Assembly: GCA_012295275.1 (NCBI GenBank)
Contig: CM022677.1
Span: 7,998,001 to 8,062,000 of the forward strand
DNA length: 64,000 nt
Direction of reading: 5' to 3'
DNA from: Chrysomallon squamiferum
Lineage: Eukaryota; Animalia; Mollusca
Part shown: positions 56,613 to 64,000 of the stretch, in pieces
Numbering within the stretch: position 1 is the stretch's first letter
Layout: each line of letters begins with the position of its first letter
The notes under the pieces: generated by a model
Told to the model about the DNA's origin: nothing
Databases searched by the model: none
Seen by the model: the letters and a program-made list of their open reading frames with translations, nothing else
Translations under genes and position numbers: made by a program

Positions 56613-56856
56613 TGATATATTTCAACTCTACTCTTGTTATTGTAAAAAAAAAAAAAAAGTTTAACTCATATTGGCTTTTGGCTTTTTGGCTTTTTAACCA
56701 AATGTACTTTTAACTTATGATCCTTCGGGTTTTGGCTTCGCCCGAAGGAACATTATCACCTTCGGGTCAAAAGTACATTTGGTTAAAAAGCCAAAAGCCA
56801 AAAGCCAATCATGGGGAACTTTTTTTTTTTTTTTTACAATAACAAGAGTTTAGTTG
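56613..56856. repeat. Right ITR: complete type-A hairpin
   Basis: Arm 56613-56714. The loop has stem TCCTTCGGG/CCCGAAGGA (56721-56749) and a CCTTCGG ear. Return arm 56766-56856. Confidence 0.9.
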
Positions 56857-57177
56857 TCAACCTAACTCTTGTGATTTGCAAAGATCCTCATTACTGGCTT
56901 TTGGCTTTTTGACCAAATGTACTTTAACTTATGCTCCTTCGGGTGAAGCCTAAGCACCTTTGGGTTAAAAGTACTTTTGGTCAAAAAGCCAAAAGCCAGT
57001 AATGAAGATCTTTGTTTTTTTTACAAATCACAAGAGTTAGGTTGACAATATATCACGTCTTGTCTTTCACTCCCCCCACCCTATATACTTTTTTTTTATT
57101 TTGAGATGACGTTATGTCACGTGACTATGCACCTTCGGGTGTTAAAGTACATTTGGTCAAAAAAGCCAAAAGCCAGT
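56854..57177. repeat. Second type-B hairpin (56854-57048), followed by a type-B left-end/promoter fragment and a further half hairpin (57129-57177)
   Basis: TTGTCAACCTAACTC...GAGTTAGGTTGACAA palindrome. It is followed by TATATCACGTCTTGTCTTTCACTCCCCCCACC, similar to the sequence after the left ITR, then TGACGT and GTCACGTGAC. Confidence 0.85.
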
Positions 57178-57649
57178 CTGTTCAACTCTGTTATTTAAAT
57201 AGGTCAACTGATTCCATTTTATGTTTTAACGATGTTTTATAGGGTACATTTATACCAGAACTCTTGGTATTTATTTATTTTAAGTTTTGATTAGATTATT
57301 AAGTACAGTATTCTTTCAAAACAAAATTATTTAAAAATATAAAATTAAATTTAAAAAAAAATATCTCCCTTAAACCAAACATTTTTTAATACGAAGTCTG
57401 TACTTTTATTTTAAGTCAGTAATAAAGGATTTCTGACACTAAATCATTTTAAAAAAGTAACTTCTTTTACCACAGACTTGCCTGTACTTGGTGCTGTGTC
57501 TGGTCCAAACATTCAGTATACTGAATAAATTTGATCACATCTTTCATGAACAACATTGTAACTTTGAATCTAAATTCAGTATCACAATATTATAAATTCT
57601 TCAATAAGAACAGTCCATGATTCACACAAGTAATGTTTTTAAAATGTTA

Positions 57650-59161
57650 TTTTATCCAGTTATTCAGTTCTTTATATTTACTGTGGAGATGTTTTATCTT
57701 CTGTTTACTTAGTTCAGTACAGTCAGAAAACCTGAAGAACTTGGAGGCAAACTTGTCAAGTCATTTAGATTCAGTGGACATCAGTTCTTGTTAATAGCTT
57801 TCTGTGGTGACTGAAACATAAAATATTACATTAAAACATTTTAACAAGACCCACTATAATTTTATATTTTATCATTTGAATCTGAAGAAATGTTTTCAAC
57901 CAATAATAAGTACAGTTAATTTAACTGAAATAAAATAAAGTTTAATTATATTTATTTAAACAGTCTTGTTGGACCTCTATTTTTCATTGTATATATATAT
58001 ATATTTTCTTTCTTAAAGCAGTAACTTCCATTTTACTTTTAATTAAGTACATAAATTAATATATTTTATAAAAATTGACAACAAGTAAGATCAGTAATAT
58101 TTATCTGTTAATTTTTGAACATACATTTTCTAAAGTACAGTCCTTTTCTCCCAACTGCTGTATCAATGTCACATTTTGTCTTTTTCTTTGCATCTACAGA
58201 TACCATTATTTAAAAAAAGAACATTATATATAATAATAATATTAAAATATTCTCATATGGCATTAAATGATTTATATTTTACAGTTTATAAAGTCTAGTT
58301 GTAAACTGAATTACCTTTCCATTATACTCAGCATTTGATTACAAAACATTGAACTCATATGAGTTTCTGAGTTGGTACCAATTTCTTTTAACACCACGAA
58401 CTGGAGAAGTGATTGTTCTTCACTGAATTGTACTACAATCCTGGTCAAGTGGTCATCCTTGGCCTGATAGAACTTGTTGTGGTCAGCAAGGGCTTGTGTA
58501 TCCTGTAAAAGTAGTAAACAAAACTTATCACTGATAACCCTAATAAATAAAATTGATTTACTTAAAAACTATAACATTTATCATTGGAAAGGATAGCAAA
58601 TTATTATTTAAAAGTTACCTGATGTATTAAAAATTACAAATTATTTAGTCATAATAAATACATTTTACATCTTATACCATTATTAAGATATCTCTTGAAA
58701 ATTATCTGCTTGTCTGTTATTTTTTTAAAAATACAGAAGTTTATAATTTTTAGTGTTCATAACCAGCAAGTTTCTTCAGTTTTGTGTCAAACTTTATAAT
58801 TAACAAGATTGTTCACCATAAATAAACAAAATACTATTTTGGATGTCTTTTTTTCTTGGATTTTAATAATAAAGAGTTCACTTTGCTGTTATCTTTTTTA
58901 TTTATTTATTTTTTAATTTCAAAAACATAGGATGTTGTATATAAGATTTTTGTTAATAATAACTTTTCTGTTTTACTTATTTTCTTATATAATATTAGTT
59001 TAATTATATCTTTGAAACCTATAAAACCCAGCAGTTTCAAACCTTTGGTGTGTAGAGAACATACTGCCCAGACAACATGGAGACAACTGTGAGAATTCTG
59101 TCACATGAACTGACATGATCAACATCGTGGACAACATGGACTGCAGTGGAAGTTCAGTCAT
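57650..59161 (-). pseudogene. DHX8: DEAH-box RNA helicase DHX8/PRP22 C-terminal exons, unprocessed pseudogene
   Basis: Exon 59043-59161: MTELPLQSMLSTMLIMSVH..DRILTVVSMLSGQYVLYTPK. Exon 58315-58502: DTQALADHNKFYQAKDDHLT..NSVKNNHFSSSWC*..NQMLSIME. Exon ~57650-57810: TTESY*QELMSTESK*LDKFASKFFRFSDCTELSKQK. GT/AG boundaries present, with stops. Confidence 0.85.
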
Positions 59162-60179
59162 CTGTAAATATAACATAGAAGTATATTAAAACTTATAACA
59201 TACATATATATGATTAATAGTTTGTTAAATTTTTAATATACTAGTATTTTAATTGATAAATGTTTTAATTACAACTAGTTTTAATAAATAAGAATCTGAA
59301 ATGATCCCAGAGCTCACTCTATCCTTGAAACATTACCGTTTCCCATTCCACACTCAGCTCCATTAATAATTTATCTTGTATTGTGTCTGTGCCGGGTCTT
59401 AAACCACCATTAATTTCTACAGATTTTGGAATAATGTTTTAAAGAAATAAACATTTTTATAAATTGTTAAATTCTAAATGAAAATTAGGATTATGTGAAA
59501 TACAAGATTTTTTTGTTTTTTTTTAAACATTTACAGTGTTTAAAGTTAAATTCTGTTAATTTACATATAATAAAAATAATAATAAATAAATAATTAGTAA
59601 AATAATAGGTCTGTTTCAATAGCTGTTATATCGAGGAGAAACGTGATATATGAAATTTTTTTTAGCTGCTTTTCCTAATTATTTTCTTTCCTTATTTTAT
59701 TTTCTAGTCAAATTGGTTATCAAGTATTTTATTTCACAGTGGTTAATCACTGGAATAAAGTGAGAGAAAACTGTAAACTATGAATTAAACTGACTGCTGT
59801 GTTTTCAGTATGATTATCAAACACTTCTCACTAGTCAATGTGTAAGTCAGTGTATGAAGTGTGGGTAGTCACAGAATCAAATCACATTAGTGCTTCCATC
59901 AGACTGTTTCTGGCTCCATTATAAAAGAAAGTGAAATGTGTCTTCCTGTCCATGTGTGCACACATAATTAAACATTTCAGACAGAAAATCCTTGAATCTA
60001 GAAAACACAACAGATTTAGATAATTAAACCATTCAACACAATCTGCAAGTATTTCTGTTTTTCAGGTCAAAAGGATATTTTCTAAGTCATTCTAAGACAG
60101 TATTTATTAATTATAATTGTATTTATGTTTGTAGAGAGGAAGGAATGTGATGATATTTCGTCTAGATAAGATGAACAGC

Positions 60180-62150
60180 AAACTTGCCAAGTTGGGTCCT
60201 TTACTTTTCTGTAAAGTACTTTGTTTTCAAGAAATAATCTGTCCCATTGCCAGATTAGCATGAAGAAACCTGATTCTTCTAATCTTCTCTCAGCTCTGCA
60301 TGATAGCCATGTAATACACCAATCTCCTTATTAACATGTCTTTTGCCTGCATCACTGCTAGTTCTTCTAAAGCTGGGAGATGATCTTGTGGCTTCCATAG
60401 TTTCATTAAATTGTTCCACTGCTACAGTTTATTGTGTGTTTTCTTCCCCCACAATTTTATAACTTGTCTCATTGTTTGTGGAACGTCTGTACTACTAGCA
60501 GTATCTCTAAAGCAGCTTCCACTGAAGTAGATGTTGTTCTGTGAAATTTCTTCCTGGACAGACCATCAGCATTCTTATTGTGTTGAATGATATTTCACAT
60601 AAAAATCAATTATGCCAGCTGAGACCCCCATGTTTCTTCCACTGCACGTAATTTTGTGTTATCAAGACGACTTAGTGAACTGTTGTCTGTATAGATAGTA
60701 AACTGATGTTTGAGAAGATAATCTTTAATCTTTTCAGTCACAGCCCATTTCAGACCAACAAGCGCTAACTTCATGTAACTGTAATTATCCATGTTTCTCT
60801 CAGTGGGTCTCAAGCTCTGTCTAGCATATGTAATTTCTTTCCTTTGCCCATTCTGTTCCTGTGACAGTACTGGTCCCACTCCCTGAAAACTTGCAGCAGT
60901 TTCCACAATGAAAAGTTCACTTAAATCAGCGTTTCCTGATATCGGAGCTGAAGTTAACTTCTCTTTTAAAGTATCTCTTTTTACAATTCTCATCCCAAGC
61001 ACCGTTTAACAATGCTTGATTTTTCTTATCTCGGGACCTATTCACCAAAGAATACAAAGGTTGAACAGTAACTGAAAATTCTTTAACATATCATCGGAAG
61101 TAACTGACAAACTGCAAAAATGACATCAGGTCCTTTGGTGTCTTTGGAACTTCCAATTCAAGAACAGCCTTTATGTTGTCTGGATCTGTAACTACCCCAT
61201 CTCTAGACAACAGGTCCTAGCTATTTCACTTCTATCTTAAGGAAACAGCCTTAGCCTGGTTTTAGTTTACGCCCATGCTGTTTTAAAATTTTAAATATCT
61301 CTTCTAGTTTATCTATGCCCACATAAAAGAAAACTACACTGTTATACAAAAAGACTAGTAACACTGAAATATCTGCTCTCTAAAGCAATGCTGCATGAGT
61401 CTTTGAAATGTGGCTGGTGCTCCTGATAAACCAAACAGCATACGATTGATTCAAACAAACCCACTGGAGTGATGAATGCAGTTTTGTCTTTGTTTTTATC
61501 CTCAACTGCAACTTGGTTGCATTCACTGGCCATATCCGTGTAGTGAACCAATTTGCTCTGTGCAAAGCATCTAATGACTCTTCTATTGTAGGAAGTGGAA
61601 AGCAGTCTTTCCTAGTTTTAGCATTCAGCCACCTGTAGTCCACACACAGATGAATTGTGTTGTCTGTTTTTCTCATTATAACAGTAGGAGATGAACATGG
61701 GCTATGGCTGGGTCAAATTACATCTTGTTTTATAAGTTTCTTGATCAGTTCCTTGACTTCCTGATACTGATTGTGTGAAATTCTTCTGTACAGTTCTGAC
61801 ACTGGTATGTTATCAGTTGTGCATATGTGATATTTTACAGTAAACCCCAAATCAATGTCATCTTTAGCAAATACATCAGTTAAGTATTCACTTTAACATC
61901 AGAGTATTTGTTAAGTATTCTTTCTAACTTTTTCTTCTGCTCACTGGAATAATCACAATAATATCAACTTGAAATCTATCAAATTCTGTGTATACCAACT
62001 GTAATCTGCTCCATGGAAACTTCTTCTCCTTGTCCTTTATTGACTGAGGCTCTTCTACTTCTACCACTGATGACAAAACACCCACTCTAGTTCTTGGTTT
62101 CAACCCTATTTTACAACACAAATCTAAAAGACTTGATAATCAAGTTCACT
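60180..62150 (-). mobile_element. Ty3/Gypsy LTR retrotransposon pol remnant (RT + RNase H)
   Basis: RKTDNTIHLCVDYRWLNAKTRKDCFPLPTIEESLDAL; DKTAFITPVGLFE; LTSAP..FIVETAASFQGVGPVLSQ..YARQSLRPTERN..LKWAVTEKIKDYL..FTIYTDN. Many frameshifts. Confidence 0.92.
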
Positions 62151-64000
62151 ATCAAGTTAAACAGTAGTTAGATTAATTCATAGTTTACAGTTCTGTTTTT
62201 GTCACAGTCTACTGAGTAACAAGAGGCTCACCTGGTCTTTGAGACTGAAATCTGGGTGAATTTCTAGAATCTTCCACATTATTTTAGCTGAAAACCTAAA
62301 AATCCAAAGATCCCTGTAAAATCAGGAAACAAAATTTATATAAATATTTTCACATGAGCAAGTCCTTGATTATCATCTTAAATTTTGTTGTTAATAACTA
62401 CATATAAAGTTATAACAGAATACTGTTATGAACTAGCTCTATCTCTGTACTTAATAATGAAGTGTAATAATATAGTGTTATTAACTGTTTATACTTTGTA
62501 ATTTCTATTATTTAATAAATAATACAGAACAATCTATTGGGACACTTCTGTTATATTTCAAATTTCTCATACTGGTAATAAAATAGTCTTTATTTAAATG
62601 TTCAAACTAATTCAAATGGTAAAATTGTTCTAATTACATTACCCAGTAGTATTTGCTGACATAGATGGGAGTGTTGGCATCAGCATCACACAACAACAAC
62701 ACCATTGTGAAATCTCTTAGACATGTTGAAATATATGTGGGCAATGAGAATTCTAAAATAGTAAATATTATTCAAAAAGAAACAGAAACATTAATATATA
62801 GCTATATTTGTTTACTAATGGTTTAATGTGGAAGTGTGTGTGGATACTGAGAATTCTGCAATAGTAAATATTAGTTATTTTGTTCTTGATGTAAAATCAT
62901 GTGATGGCAAGCTGACAACAGTACAGAGATCAGTATTTCTAAATTTTTAATAAAAATATTTTTATCTTTATTTTATTTTTTTATTTTTATCAAAATATAC
63001 AGAAACATTGAGTATGCATACATTTCCAGATTTCTAAATAACACATAATTTAAATGTTTTTTCTTGATACAATGCCAGGTACAGTCTATGGACACTGATA
63101 TTATAAAATACAGAATCATTAATTTAAACTATTACAAAGATTTAAACTTATGATGTTTAGCATGTTTAATTAATCATATAACATTGTTTAATAATGTAAA
63201 AAGTCTGAGATCAAAATAATGATTAAAATTACTATTATAATTTCATTTATTATTTATTTAATTTTTATTTAATTTTGATAATTAAACCAATATAACTTCA
63301 TATTACCTTGTTGAATAAATTGCTATTACGGGTTAACCTCAATAGGGCCTCCTGCACTTTCTGATCACTGATCTCTAGAACACCACAAATCAATCCTGAA
63401 AGAAAGATTTAGAATAATAATAATAATAATAATAATAGTAACAATAATATTCTTTAATATAGGAAACACACTCTAAAAAAATAAGAATAACAGTTAATAC
63501 AAAGCGCTAAAGAATAATGAGAAGTACACGAATAAAATTAGAAACAATGCTGTTACGACAGCAAAGAAAGCGACTCTCATTGAAATACTAATAATATATT
63601 TTAATACAAGATGTGCACACTGAAAGTGAGACTAACAATTAACAGAAAGCACAACAGAGCAAATAGAAGTACACCTGTAACATCAAGCATAACGCAGATA
63701 TGAACAATGTCGTTACTACATTGTGAGACAGGATTAGTCCTGTCACAAATAAGACAAATAAAAACAAGAAATACACAAAAACATTAAGAATAACACTGGT
63801 ATGATGGCAACGTCAGCGACATTAATAGTAATATATTCCTCACAGAAATCGACAGTAACTATTAATAGAAAGCACAACAGAATACAACAATATGATCAAG
63901 AAGAACAGAGATACCACGGCAACGACGGCAACATTGATACAAATAAGAATAATCTATCTTATTACAGGATGTACACACAGAAAGTGAGAATAACTATTAA

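Larger units (their letters stand above)
49015..57180 (+). mobile_element. Endogenous parvovirus/densovirus-like element: composite of two capsid genes, one NS1/Rep and multiple hairpin telomeres
   Basis: HUH and SF3 helicase motifs, jelly-roll capsid motifs, ~100-nt ITRs and ~200-nt palindromes (see sub-features). Confidence 0.9.

Overview
AT-rich, microsatellite-rich genomic DNA from an animal, probably an invertebrate (inference from TTAGGG-type repeats, spliceosomal exons and an EGFR fragment). No intact host gene is evident. Most of the window is satellites, inverted-repeat/MITE-like elements, retrotransposon remnants (Gypsy pol, LINE RNase H) and decayed host gene fragments (TOPORS-like RING, EGFR kinase exons, P4HA, TRIM-type RING, IRAG/LRMP, HDGF PWWP, DHX8). 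The main feature is an ~8.2 kb endogenous parvovirus/densovirus-like locus at ~49.0-57.2 kb. It contains a near-complete genome bounded by ~100-nt inverted terminal repeats with branched hairpins, in which the capsid gene lies upstream of the HUH/SF3 Rep (NS1) gene on the same strand, the reverse of the usual parvoviral order. It is joined to a second, divergent capsid gene and a second hairpin telomere type, which suggests co-integration of two related viruses or segments. All protein identifications are from manual translation and motif recognition; no database searches were run.
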